A stretch of 64,000 nucleotides of DNA from Takakia lepidozioides (GCA_030704615.1 CM060733.1:30504001-30568000), one strand, 5' to 3'; shown: positions 13,946 through 25,664, numbered from the stretch's first letter. Made by a program: numbers and translations. The notes: a model not told the origin generated them from the sequence alone.

Positions 13946-14009
13946 CCTGGACTGGGGATCGCACAAGTTTTTACTTTTAAATTTCTCTTAACTTTATGTA
14001 CTTTACTCC

Positions 14010-15300
14010 CAGTCACTAAAATGCATGGTGAGTGTCACTAAATCAAGTGGAATAAAGAAGACCGATAGTAACACTTGCCTCTATGAACTTCTCTGCACCC
14101 TCTGCCGCCTTGTCTTTCTGTCTTGCAGCCACTTTGATCCTACCTGCCATACCTGGCCCGACCCCAACATAGCAAACAACTACTCCCGCTGGCTCTGGCT
14201 CTCAAACCACTAGTGAGACACGCTACTAGTGCTTGTGCCAGCATGTTAAGACACAAGTTATAAGCAACTAGTCATGTTAAGACACAAGTTATAAGCAACT
14301 AGTCACTTGCTTCTCACCGGACCGACATATTAATTGAAATATCTAGAAACTGGAACTATGTAAAACGTCAACTAGAACTAGAACTAGAACTATCTAGAAA
14401 GCCCACGCTAGAAAGTCAATCCTTAATTTTTGGACCCTTCATTTCATTAAATAATACAAGTGGCCTTAATACATTGGCCCCCTCTTTTTACTTCTGGACC
14501 ACGCTAATTCCTGGACCACTTTAGAATTAACCGGACCGAATGAAACTGCTCTACACATTCGGATGAATGAATTGTTGAACATAAAATGCAGCCCTGCATT
14601 CTAGCTTAGTTTTTTTTTTCCTCTTAAAGAAAGGGGACGGAGGCCCTGTAAATCATATTAAAAGAACATGGAAAAAATAACCATGTAAGGTCCATGAGGG
14701 GTACATCAGGAAGATGGGTAACACCGACCCAACCATCAAATTCTAGCTTTCTACATGAAGCCACCAATCACTAAAATGCATGGTGAGTGTCACTAAATCT
14801 GTGAACAAGTGGAATAAAGGGGACCTGATGTAACGTCGATATCTGCTCCACCCACGCCGATAGTAATACTTGCCTCTATGAACTTCTATGCACCCTCCGC
14901 CACCTTGTTTTTCCCTCTTGCAGCCACTTTGATCCTAGCCCCAACATAGCAAACAACTACTCACATTGGCTCTGGCTCTCAAACCACCGGTGAGACACGC
15001 TACTAGTGCCTGTTCATGTTGATACACAAGTTACAAGCAACTAGTCGGTTGCTTCTCACCGGACCGACATATTATTAGAAGTATCTAGAAACTGGAAAGT
15101 CAACTAGAACTAGGAACTATCTAGAAAATCAGCTAGAATCTAGAAAGCCCACCCTAGAAAGTCAATCCTTAATTTTTGGACCCTTCATTTCATTAAATAA
15201 TACAAGTGGCCTTAATACATTGGCCCCTCTTTTAACTCATGGACCACGCTAATTCCTAGACCACTCTAGAATTAACTGAGCCTAATGAAACTGCCCTACA
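14010..15300. repeat. Two near-tandem copies (~14010-14555 and ~14765-15300) of an LTR-like unit
   Basis: Both begin cactaaaatgcatggtgagtgtcactaaatc and end aatgaaactgc.ctaca; extensive identity between them. Confidence 0.8.
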
Positions 15301-16045
15301 TATTTAGCATGCATGCCTCACATTCAAAACCTTAATTTGTTATGAATCTTAGAAGTACTTCAAAGAAGTTTTATTCTGTGTGTGGCCGGGCTACAACATC
15401 TCGCTACCTCGGCTGCCCGAATCTGCATACATGGTCCCTGGCCAGAGGTAGAGGGGAGGGCTTTATTTGCCTTGCCTTGGGAAGGCAGGACTTCGCAGAG
15501 GGCTCTCAAATATAGAACCTATTCTCTCAGTAACAAAATTTTAGTTCGGCAGGCAGATGTAGATGGAATATTTCATTTACACATATGAACACCAAAAAAA
15601 TCTCTCTGTTCTTGTAGCATTCTTTAGACAACCAGTTTCTGTTGCTTTACAATAGGCTCAAGCTCTATCTATTTTTCTGACCCATCCTCTTTCCTGTTGT
15701 CTAACCTTCTTCAGGGAGTAGGTGACACTAGAATAGTTTGATTTCTTCTTGTCAATATATTTAGCTTTTGTTTCTCCCCTTGGGAACAGTTTTACCCATT
15801 TCTACACTTGGGTCTTTTTATAAAGCTATGTGGGTTAGAACAAAAAACTTGTGATTCATTCACAAAGTGACATGGCTAAATATGACTACAATTTGTAAGC
15901 GGCCAACGGAATTAGACAAGGTGGTGGACGGACAAGACCGTGCCGCAGCCGCCACCCAAAAACCATGGAAACTGACAACCTCTGTAGGCATAATAACTCT
16001 GGAATGGGGTTGCTTGTCTCCATCTCTCTTACACACATGACAAAC

Positions 16046-16525
16046 ATGGGCAACCTTGATGTGGGCGTGCTTCTACTAGTGCTGTTGATCTCCACATTTG
16101 CAGCTGTGGATGCAGACTGGGCGCTGGCAGCTCCAAACGGTTTGTATCAAGACCAGCAACTGACAAGCTGGAATCAGCGTTACGTCCTCCTCATGCAAGA
16201 GGACTGCAATTTGGTGTTGTATGAGGCCGGCACGAGTCCCAACAGACAGCTATGGCAGTCCAACAGCTATCTTAGCCCCTTTGTTGACCGTAACTGCTAT
16301 CTCAAGATGCAAGCAGATGGGAATGCGGTGGTGTACAATTTAGATGATTCAAACCGCCCGCTGTGGGCTTCCGACACTGCTAATGCTCCCTGTCATCTTG
16401 GCTACTTTGAACTGGACGTGCAGACTGATGGGAACCTTGTTCTTTACTGCTATACGGACTATAGCAACCCTCCCAAAAGAGCTCCCGGTATTCCGTTCTG
16501 GAGCAGTCGTACTAATGGTCAATAG
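16046..16525 (+). CDS. Secreted bulb-type (GNA-like, B-lectin) mannose-binding lectin, ~159 aa, intronless (in-frame upstream ATG at 15965 also possible)
   Basis: Signal peptide MGNLDVGVLLLVLLISTFAAVDA; three QxDxNxVxY sites: MQEDCNLVLY, MQADGNAVVY, VQTDGNLVLY. Confidence 0.92.
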   Translation: MGNLDVGVLLLVLLISTFAAVDADWALAAPNGLYQDQQLTSWNQRYVLLMQEDCNLVLYEAGTSPNRQLWQSNSYLSPFVDRNCYLKMQADGNAVVYNLDDSNRPLWASDTANAPCHLGYFELDVQTDGNLVLYCYTDYSNPPKRAPGIPFWSSRTNGQ

Positions 16526-17366
16526 GAGTGTGTAGAGAGTGCACCCAAGATCTACTTTCAATGTGGCTCAGTGGACTTTCTAATGTAAGTGACAGTTGCG
16601 TGTTCTGTCGATTGTTTCATTTAATGAACATCAGTCGCAATGCTTCAAGAGGGAGGGTGTCTGCGGAGGTGTGCATATTCCTTGCTTGCAACAATTTGAG
16701 AAGATAGATGGCGCAAATCCTTAAGTGTCATGATTCAAAGCTGCAAATGCACAACCAACGCACAACAGCAAGAATTCGCTCTAACCACTTGAAGCCCGTG
16801 TGTACGTTGAGGGGAGATCTACATACTACATAGACACATGCAGGTGAAAATCTCTCCCACTGTAGATCTAACCTCCTTAGATTTTGACGGTTGTCGTGTC
16901 GAGTGGAGAAGTCACGGAAAGCCGAATTTCAATTGTTCAAAGGCGATGACAGTAGCCAAGAGGACCTATTTGATTGCTTCTACCGCGTGGCCAGCTCGGT
17001 GCGTCTCTCGTATATGTGAGATAGAATGTGTGCTTCACAAATTTAAGGAGAATTTCTGAAGGATGTAAGGTGGTGCGGATGTGGACCAGTATCCTCTCAA
17101 AAGACTCTCTAACCCTAAATTTTTCCAACAAGCAGCATACCAAATCACAGCGATGAACAACAACAGCATTGTCCAAACGAGAAAAGCCTTGAACATTTAT
17201 TTTAGACCAGAGTGATGATTTTCACTAGTGAGCCTTAGTGCCTTCAAGAATTTCTACTTCTGGCAGACCCTGATACTGTAACCCCCTCTCCTCTCCTTCC
17301 AAACTAAAGAAGACCCAACGCAACTCAAGCACTCATGAACTCAGCTAGCAAAAGATAGAATAGCTT

Positions 17367-17506
17367 AGATATACTGCTGTTTTAGACGCTTGCCATATTA
17401 TGAAGAACATATGGCAAGTAACACGAAGCAGAGTCGATTTAGCACATGCTTAGGGCTGTCTTTTCCTTTCAAGGATCCAAGCTGCCCGGGGTAGGCGATG
17501 TGCTGT
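17367..17506 (-). ncRNA. H/ACA snoRNA candidate, predicted guide for the 18S rRNA pseudouridine equivalent to yeast Psi1191 (snR35/ACA13-like)
   Basis: Two hairpins (agcacat..atgtgct; ctgct..agcag with a 10-bp upper stem cttgccatat/atatggcaag); pocket CGUGUU / GUC(U)AAA pairs with 18S UUUGAC-UC-AACACG; AUA box 15 nt from the pocket; hinge AAAUCGA is a non-canonical H box. Confidence 0.65.
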
Positions 17507-17620
17507 GAATGGAACAACACAATGAAAAGACACGAAATTCTGGATTGGCATCCAATCTAGGCCACACAATGATTTTTAAGTTTACAACGACCTTGCAATC
17601 TCAGTGGCAGGAGCTGCATA

Positions 17621-17700
17621 TGCCTCAGAGAGAAGATCAAAGTTGACTTCATAGTCGAAGACTCATTGCACACATGATACGATTTTTTTCCTCATTGGCA
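17621..17700 (-). ncRNA. C/D box snoRNA, predicted U6 snRNA Am47 guide (mgU6-47/Z30/SNORD7-like)
   Basis: Terminal stem tgcc/ggca, box C AUGAGGA, box D CUGA; UGAUCUUCUCU directly before D pairs (one G.U) with U6 AGAGAAGAUUA; D+5 rule lands on A47 (human numbering). Confidence 0.8.
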
Positions 17701-17722
17701 TACACCACCCCATGGCGCACTT

Positions 17723-17842
17723 TCATGTTAGTTCCCACCGCATCACTCTCCTATTGAAAGGGCCTCATCGATCTTAGTGGTAATACTTGTAATCAGTTGA
17801 CTGAAAGCCATCAAGAGTAGCAAATATTTGTTTTAATCACCG
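17723..17842 (-). ncRNA. Possible H/ACA snoRNA, target unresolved
   Basis: Two hairpins (gtgatta..tgattac; ccac..gtgg) followed by ACA; lies between other snoRNAs; H box non-canonical. Confidence 0.4.
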
Positions 17843-18094
17843 GCCCTTTGCATCGAAGACTTACTAAGTCCAACAACTCGTTCAGACTCATTTCCCACAA
17901 ACTGCATCTGAGAGTGCGTGAACGCTCGTACAGGACAGCAACCGAACAGACGAAATATATCTCGACACAAACATTCCAAAGCATTCGTCCAAGATCACAG
18001 ACAGTAGGACAAACAGCCACATGTTTAAGAAAAAAAACAAGTAACCTGAAGACTCTAAGGGAAAACATTGGTGAGTAACTGACAGGGTCCCGAA

Positions 18095-18198
18095 GGCTCA
18101 GACAACCTTTAAGAAATGACTTCATCACCATGCCGCCTCTCGACAGCTCCAGAGAGCCCGGGCAACAATCCGATCGGCCTTTAGATCTCCTCACAGCC
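18095..18198 (-). ncRNA. C/D box sno/scaRNA, predicted U2 snRNA 2'-O-methylation guide (human G12 equivalent)
   Basis: Terminal stem ggc/gcc, box C GUGAGGA, C' GUGAUGA, D CUGA, variant D' CGGA preceded by AAAGGCCGA, complementary to U2 UCGGCCUUU. Confidence 0.7.
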
Positions 18199-18391
18199 AC
18201 ACACAAGACAAAGAAACCCACTTACATAGCCCACTCCCCCCCACCTCCTCTACTCAAAACAAAAGCTTGCTAGAACCCAAAGCACGAACAACCCAACACG
18301 TAGGACACTGGACCACAGCCAAACATCGCAGAAGAGACAGTAGCGAAGTCCAACCTGCAAAGAAAGACGATCTCCATCGCTGCTCAGCCAC

Positions 18392-18421
18392 TTTATATGG
18401 TTCTGTAGCTCCCAAACCCTA
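18392..18421 (-). promoter_or_regulatory. TATA box (TATAAA, 18392-18397 minus) and telo-box (AAACCCTA, 18414-18421) of the snoRNA host transcript; part of a bidirectional promoter
   Basis: Motifs seen directly; telo-box + TATA is typical of plant snoRNA/ribosome-biogenesis promoters; GTAAGT donor at 18220-18225 downstream. Confidence 0.6.
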
Positions 18422-18794
18422 AAAGATGGGGTCAATCCGAACCGTCAGAACGTAATATCCCACGGTAGATTTCTGCTAGCGTGACAATTTGATCTGGGTA
18501 CAAGAGATTCTTGGAAAATTACCCCCGTCCTGTCGTCCTATTTGCAAGCATTCATCATTGATTAGTCTTTCTAAGATTTCATTAACCGCCTGTTGTGTCC
18601 CTGCACCATGCTTTTGTCCTGGGTTTCTTGGGATGGCGGACAGGTTGCCGGCATGCTTTGGTATATGGAGTAACTGGGACTCGTTTGATTCCTCCAGAGC
18701 CGTTGAATTATCAATTCGATCTTAGGGTTGGGATTTTTAGTTTGGTCGCGTTGAACAGACGGGGAGAGGTGGAGTGCAGAGGAATCACGAAGAT

Positions 18795-21700
18795 ATGGCA
18801 AGGATTCAAGCCCTGCTGGGTGTAATTTTGATCTGTTTGTGTCTCGGGAGGACGTACTCATTCAAAACTCTGCTCAATCCTAGAGATGTGATCCCTTTGT
18901 TGCCCCATTCGATCTCATGGCCATTGCTCAACACCTTGCACAACGCAGTTGACTTATTGCCAGAATTTGTTGGCTCTGTCTCATCAGAAGATGCTAAAGT
19001 GTCTTGGAATGGCACCTGCTTTTACGATAATGAGGCTTATATTGAGTACACTGAGCCCAAGGAGGGAGGGACGATGGGTGGCGGCATCCTTCATATCACG
19101 GTATTAGTTGTGGGCTTAATTGCTACACAACGCCTGTGGCTTAATTTCTCAGGTGTAATTGAGCTCAGATCTGGGTTCGATTGGTCTGCGTTCCATTCGA
19201 TCTTACTAGATGTTCTCTTAACAGCTATGCTGTGAAGTAGGTTCACCTTAGTGGTACCATAGGGACCTTAATTGTCGTCATTTTGTCTGTTTGTATCATA
19301 TCTCGTGAATGAAGGAAAGAGGAGGAATTGTTCACTTGACTAATCCACTTCAATTTGGGCATATATTTGGAACGGAATTGTCTCCATTCTTGTGCACATT
19401 CCCCTCTTCCTCAGCAAAATTTCTTGAATCCTCATTTTTAGTAGTCCCGCGGATTGCATGGGCCGTGTTCTCTGAATGATGTGTCCGGTACATTTTCTCT
19501 GAGTTGGTGTCAGGGATTGGATTGCAGACGAGCAAAGCACATAGCTGGACTTGCCTGGATCTCTATGTTTTTGCCACGCCATATCGAGTGACATGGGACT
19601 ACTACTTCACAGCGCGCAACCACACATTGAAGATCTCTAAGTGGGAAGAAGGGGAGCTTGCTTATGTAAGCTCTCTTTCTCTTCCGTTTCCTTTTGCTTG
19701 TGTTGCCTGGCAATGCAACTCTACCTTCATCTGTCACATTGGAGTGAATGTAGAGGCTGTGCTTTCATCAGCACTCTGCTTTGTGTATCATGTCAATGCC
19801 AACCTTCACTCAATAATCATCACCTGTGGTCAGCTGCGGGCAAATTTGTGCGTGCTGCAATGGCTGTGATACTCTTGTGGGGAAAGATCTCAGTAGTTGC
19901 ATTAGGATGGTTGGGCTATCCCATGGGGATTCTGAAGGGCGTGTCACAGAGAACGTTTACAAATGAATGTCATTGTGCGTATATCATGTCCTCCCTTCTA
20001 CGGCAGACGTCATACTGACACAGAATGGAGGCTTGTCAAATCATGATATCTCTCATATTATGCAATGTCTGCTGGAAACAAAAATGTGATTTTGATTCCA
20101 CCATTGGAAAGTAATCAATCATCTTCTATGGGAGGAATGCAGGTAAAAAACAAGGGTTTTTCGGTGTTTCTAATGCCCGCTGGAATGCTGGGCACACTGG
20201 TAGCTCTGTGGGATGTGTTGCCTATCTTCTCAAATTCAGGGTGGGGTGAGAGCTCCAACCTTGCATTCCTCCAGAGTCACATGGGAGCCGAGTTCCTCAA
20301 GCGGCCGGAACCATGGGTGACCAACATCACCACAGCAGACATTCAATCTGGAGATTTTTTGGCACTCTCCAAGATTCGAGGTCGCTGGGGAGGGTTTGAG
20401 ACACTGGAGAAATGGGTGACTGGTGCATACTCTGGCCATACAGCAGTTTGCTTGCGGGATGAGGAGGACAAACTCTGGGTTGGTGAATCTGGACATGAAA
20501 ATGAGGAGGTAAGGTCAACTAGACCCTCCAGGCTTGTCCAATTTTAAGGGATTACTGCTGTGAACTTTCATGCGTATCCCCTGCATGTGGACAGTAGCAT
20601 AGTCAGAGTTCTGCACTGACAGTGACATTCACACTGGGTACTCGGCGAACTCAAAACTGACGTGATCACAGGTTTTGATCTGGACTGTCACTTGGATTGC
20701 CTGTTTGATTGGGAAATGAAATGCTGCCACAGACAGAAACAAAAAAGTGTCTGTACTACTTGTTGAAGGTGCTTTGCTTATGTCTAATTAGCTTTTTCCA
20801 GGCATCCTTGTAAAGACACTATCAATATGGCTATGTCATAATTTCAGTGGTTTTATATACCTGGAGAAGATGTGGAGTATATGTGAATAGCAAACAATGC
20901 TTACACTCTTCATCGTGTGTTGGCAGGGAGAGGAGGTCATAGTTGTGATACCATGGGAGGAGTGGTGGTCTCTGCAGCTTGTGGATGATGCAAATCCCCA
21001 TGTGGCACTGCTCCCTTTGCACCCTGACATGCGTGCTAAGTTCAACGTGACAGCTGCATGGACATATGCTTGCCGCATGAATGGCCTGCCATATGGCTAC
21101 CACAATATGGTCTTCAGCTGGATCGACACCCCTGCCGACAATTACCCTCCTCCCCTTGATTGCAATCTGGTGAATTCACCAGGGTTCCCTTTGTTTCATT
21201 TATTTGTTCCTGTTTCTATCACACAATCAATACTCGTAAGAATTGTCTGTATATCTAAGAATCTGGTCTATTCTTACTAGATGAAATACTCACAGGATTA
21301 TATGTTTAAACTCTGCACTGGTGTACGCATGTCGAACACTTTGCCTTTCGCAAACTATCTGTATGTAGTCAGGCTTGGTCTGGTGCTCGATTGTCTCAGT
21401 GACTATGAATAAAATTAGACTTGAGCTAGTGCACTTGATAGTGCCTGGCTCTCTGCTGCCTTTGATCAGGAGTTGGCCAGTTCTCTCCAAGGCAAGGTCG
21501 TTGCTTGCATTTGGGTGGACCATGTAGGACATTGCTAGATTTATTTGGCCTACTTCCTCTCTCTAGGAGGGTGTCACTTTTTTTCCCCATGATAGCCTTC
21601 AATGTAGGGCTCTGTCAATTGGAACCCAAAGAGCACCCAAGTTTGGCCATCAGGCTGGCTATCTGCTGAAACCATCTAGGGGTCACAGCAAGCGTATGAA

Positions 21701-23294
21701 ATGTAGTGGCAGCCTCACTAGCCTTTGCGATGGCCCCTCCGTTCCCATTTAGGAAGGTTTTGTTTCATGCTTTGAATGTCCACTTGCATGTGTATGCTTG
21801 TGTTAGCAGGTCTCTTGGTTTGGTATGGCAATATATAGGACTTCGGAGGAAAGGGAGCGATTGGGCGGGGCTAGGCAATGTCGCTTCAGGCTTGGCATTT
21901 GCAGCCACCTTGTGGATTGTAGCAGTCATGTAATGAAAGTGGTTCTCGTTTATGTGAAGGATAGCTTTGGCTGGTATAACCCTTTCTATCAATGCAGGAT
22001 AACAGAAGGCATGATTGGCTCCTGGTTTTTTGGATCTGGTGGCAGGTGGCATCAGGAATAATGATGTGGACGCGGCTTCAACCTGATTATGCCTCCAATA
22101 TGTGGAATGAAGCTCTTAACAAGCGCCTGGGTACAGAGGTAGCCATTCCACTGGCTGAAAGTCTCTCTGAAAGCTCCATTTCGTTTCAATTCATTTCTCT
22201 GTGTGCATGAGGCACTCTGCCTTTTTTGCAGAGTTGTTCTTTGGGGTGGGTCTACTATGTTGTTACTCCTTGTTTTCTTGAAACTGCATCAGTTCAACAT
22301 TTTAGTTTAGAACGCAGACAAGTTTCACACTACTTAGGTCCAGCTTTCCCTATCCCCAACCTTTTCTTCCACGGTTCAGCACAGTGTCAGACCACAGGGT
22401 ATCGAAAGCAAGTCTTTCATCTGTCTCCTCCGTCTGATACGTGCAAAGTGTCTGTGCTCACAAATCTACAACAGCAGAATTGACAGAATCTCTCTCCTTC
22501 TTTCACCCTCCCTATCCTTGTCATTGTGTCATTTGGCTTTGTTTCCCTTTGTTATTGGTGTTGTTAACTCATCACTATGCCTGATTTGCTCTTTATGTAC
22601 ACACAGGGTCTGGATTTACCAGGTGTGATGAGGGAGTGTGAAAAGCGAGGCACTCCATTTGAGCAGCTGTTGGCTATTCCTGAGCAAGATGATTGGGAGT
22701 ACAGTGATGGTTTCTCTACTTCATGCGTAGCGTTCATCCTTCAGATGTACAAGGAAGCGGGACTGTTTGGTGCACTTGCAGATTCCATCCAGGTTACAGA
22801 ATTTACGGTACATCTCCTTCACATTTCGTACGCCTTTCTCTTTTGATTCTGTTGGTCTTCATCAAAGTTTCTTGTCTTCTGTAGCTGTCTTCAGCTTCCT
22901 AGGTTAAGTTATCAGTGTTGGACCACTGAGTCAGTCTTCTTCCTGGAGAGGTAACAACCTTTCTTTTCTTGTCTGGTAGCCTGTGCATCCTCTATGGTGT
23001 TTGGAGGTGAATGAAACGATGGATGCATGTGGGTCCCCGGTGCCTCAATCATTCATGCAGAGTGCTGAACTGTGCCTGCAGATCAAAGATGCGTACATGT
23101 TGAAGTTTTTTGAGGACGATGTGTCACGGCTGCCAAGCTGGTGCGATGTCACAGCCAATTCTATCCCTGTCTGCCAGATCTTGGGAAAATACAAAATGGA
23201 GTTTCCAGGGTACAACACGATCACACCATATGCGCACATGGATGAAATTTGCCCAAGCTTGCCTCCAGCATATGAGAGGCCCCCAGGCTGTTGA
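18795..23294 (+). CDS. Conserved secreted plant protein of unknown function (At1g70160/At4g27020-like family), ~519 aa, 7 exons: 18795-19100, 19528-19665, 20143-20508, 20927-21169, 22046-22138, 22607-22807, 23082-23294
   Basis: All introns GT-AG and phase 0; continuous ORF; signal peptide; motifs AHSWTCLDLYVFATPYRVTWDYYF, SGDFLALSKIRGRWGGFETLEKWVTGAYSGHTAVCL, NMWNEALNKRLGT, STSCVAFILQMYKEAGLF. Confidence 0.9.
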
Positions 23295-24714
23295 TAAATT
23301 GATGATCAACTGCGACTGTGGCACAGATTAACCTTCCCAGGTTACATACGTGGCCTGTTCTTCATCGTTTCAGAGTGTTATTTTGACCCAGTCTTGTATA
23401 TAATGTTTTGGGTGGCAAGTAACCCAGCACCAAGGAATCCTACACCAAGTTGATAATCTGGTGCCTTTTAGAAAGTGTCGATCTCCATACCTGGACCCCA
23501 GGTCGTCGAGGAGGTGCCTCTATTGGAGGACCTTTCTCAAGCTGCAGCCCTTCATACAGAGTTTTATATGGGTACTCCATAGTAGTGGGCTAATTTATGG
23601 TGCAGGGGTATCCAGGATGAGGGTGAAATTTGGATGACCCTTTCAACTGTAATTATGTGAGTTGGACTGTTGTTGACATTGAGAGGCTTTCGTTCCAGCC
23701 CCGTCCGATGGTGGTGGTTAGTGACTTCGGGGTGTCAAGTTGCAGCCTGTAGAGGAGCTTGCATTAGAACAACTCGGAAGGCACGATTGACTTGTTTGGG
23801 CAAGTTACATCGGTGCTCCATGTGCCTATTTCAAGGCTGCCTATAATGGTGGTACCCTCCATCGACAGACTTATTGTAAATGAGTTAGGATCATGACTTT
23901 GGATTGTGCTATGAGATTGTGCGGGAATGTTCCATTTGCTGAAGTAATTTTGAGTTCAACCTTGGACAGTGGACAGTGGCTCTGACAATGGCTCCCCTCT
24001 CTTGTTTGTTTAAACAGTCATTGATAATCAAATGAAGACCCAGTCAATGGTGGGACAATCGAGGCAAGAGGTGTATGCTTGTTAAATTACAGAGAGAATC
24101 AGACAACAAGATGCTTCGCAGAAGTTTTCTTGTAAATTGTTATCTCGTCTCCCTCCCCAGCATATTTTTTAAGTCTTGGGGAGCAATTCAGCAATGGGAC
24201 TATTGCGTGAAAGTAGGTTTGGGGTGTTTGCTAGAATAAATTTAGGCTGTCATTGTCAACTGCTAGCTGCAAAGGGAGGATCTATGCATTATTGGTGCCG
24301 AGGAAGGGATAGCTAAAGGAGCAGAGATACGAGCCATCACAGAGGGGCAAGGATGGCGGCGCTTAGTAGTTCATTCAAAATACTAAAATGTTGATAAGTT
24401 GTAGACATGGATTAAACTGTTAAAATGTACTGTGAGTTTATCGTCCAAATATATATATATATACTGTAAGAACTTGATTATGCAAGCTTGCAATCTGACT
24501 AGGGTAGCCCTTGGCCCAAGTGTCATAAAATCTTCCAGACTTCTTCTTCACAGACCAGAACCATGGTCTCCTTGATGCTGATCATTTCCAGAATCAGTTG
24601 ACATGCTTGCATAAATTCCTACGAATACGTCCACGGCGAAATTTAGATGTATCATCTCACATTATGTAAGTCCAAGTGCAATCTCCTATGTATGGAAGTG
24701 CGTCTCCTGTTGAG

Positions 24715-25041
24715 GCTTCATATATTGATATATCCAATCATTGTCCCAAGAAAGCCCACTTTGCTAATTTATTTCTTTTCATGAATTTGCTGTGACCAGA
24801 AACACTTCTCCCACATAAGGGCCAATCCAGGAAAGCCCACTTTGCTATTTTTTGCGAATTTCCAGCGACCAAAAGTATTTGAAATTCCACACCGGAGGTC
24901 CAAAAAATCAGAGACCAAGCCGGTGAACCCCTCCTTGGCATCAAGGCTTTCGAGCACCAAGGGTTGGGGCCCCGCGGTTGGGGGGATCTCAACGACGCTA
25001 CAAAACAATACAAAACAAACTACCTTGCTTCATATATTGAT
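24715..25041 (+). mobile_element. Short non-autonomous element copy B bounded by 15-bp direct repeats GCTTCATATATTGAT
   Basis: Direct repeat at 24715-24729 and 25027-25041; interior homologous to 570-792. Confidence 0.75.
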
Positions 25042-25484
25042 GATACTTTTGTCGAGTTCGGGCAGCGTTAATGGCTCCTCTAGCAAACCTTATGTCAAAC
25101 TCCCCCACACAGTGGCTATTCGTGTGTATTTTGGAAACGGTATAAATGTCGTGATGAGATTGGTTTTGATATATTGCGAGTGTTCAAGGTTGAAATTTGT
25201 TATACAGTCTTTGGTGTGGGATCTCATTGTTTATTATTATTATTATTATTATTATTAGAAACATGGGATGGAGGCCCTGGAAATAATTCTCATTGTTGAT
25301 GAGATATATTTGTGAGTGTTCGTGGTTGTTTTTGAATGTCAAATAGGTTGCATATGCAATTACAAAAAAACCACAAGATGAGGTATCAAGTTGTAAGTTG
25401 CATGTCGCCTATAGAGCCCACCCCCGAAAGAGGGCAGTTCCCACACGGGGAAGAGGCTCTTATTTACGCTAGCTTCGGCTGGCG

Positions 25485-25486
<2 letters not shown>

Positions 25487-25558
<72 letters not shown>
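25487..25558. repeat. (AT)36 microsatellite
   Basis: Seen directly. Confidence 0.95.
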
Positions 25559-25560
<2 letters not shown>

Positions 25561-25664
25561 CCTGCATATGTGTAATGTAGTAATACATATATATATATGA
25601 AGAAATTAATTGGTGAAGGTCGTGAAATATCTCGAAGAGTAGTGTATTGTCTCTAGGCTTAATA

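Noticed and set aside
17208-17278. Plus-strand C/D snoRNA (GTGATGA...CTGA)
   Set aside because: Opposite strand to the cluster, weak terminal stem, no convincing antisense target
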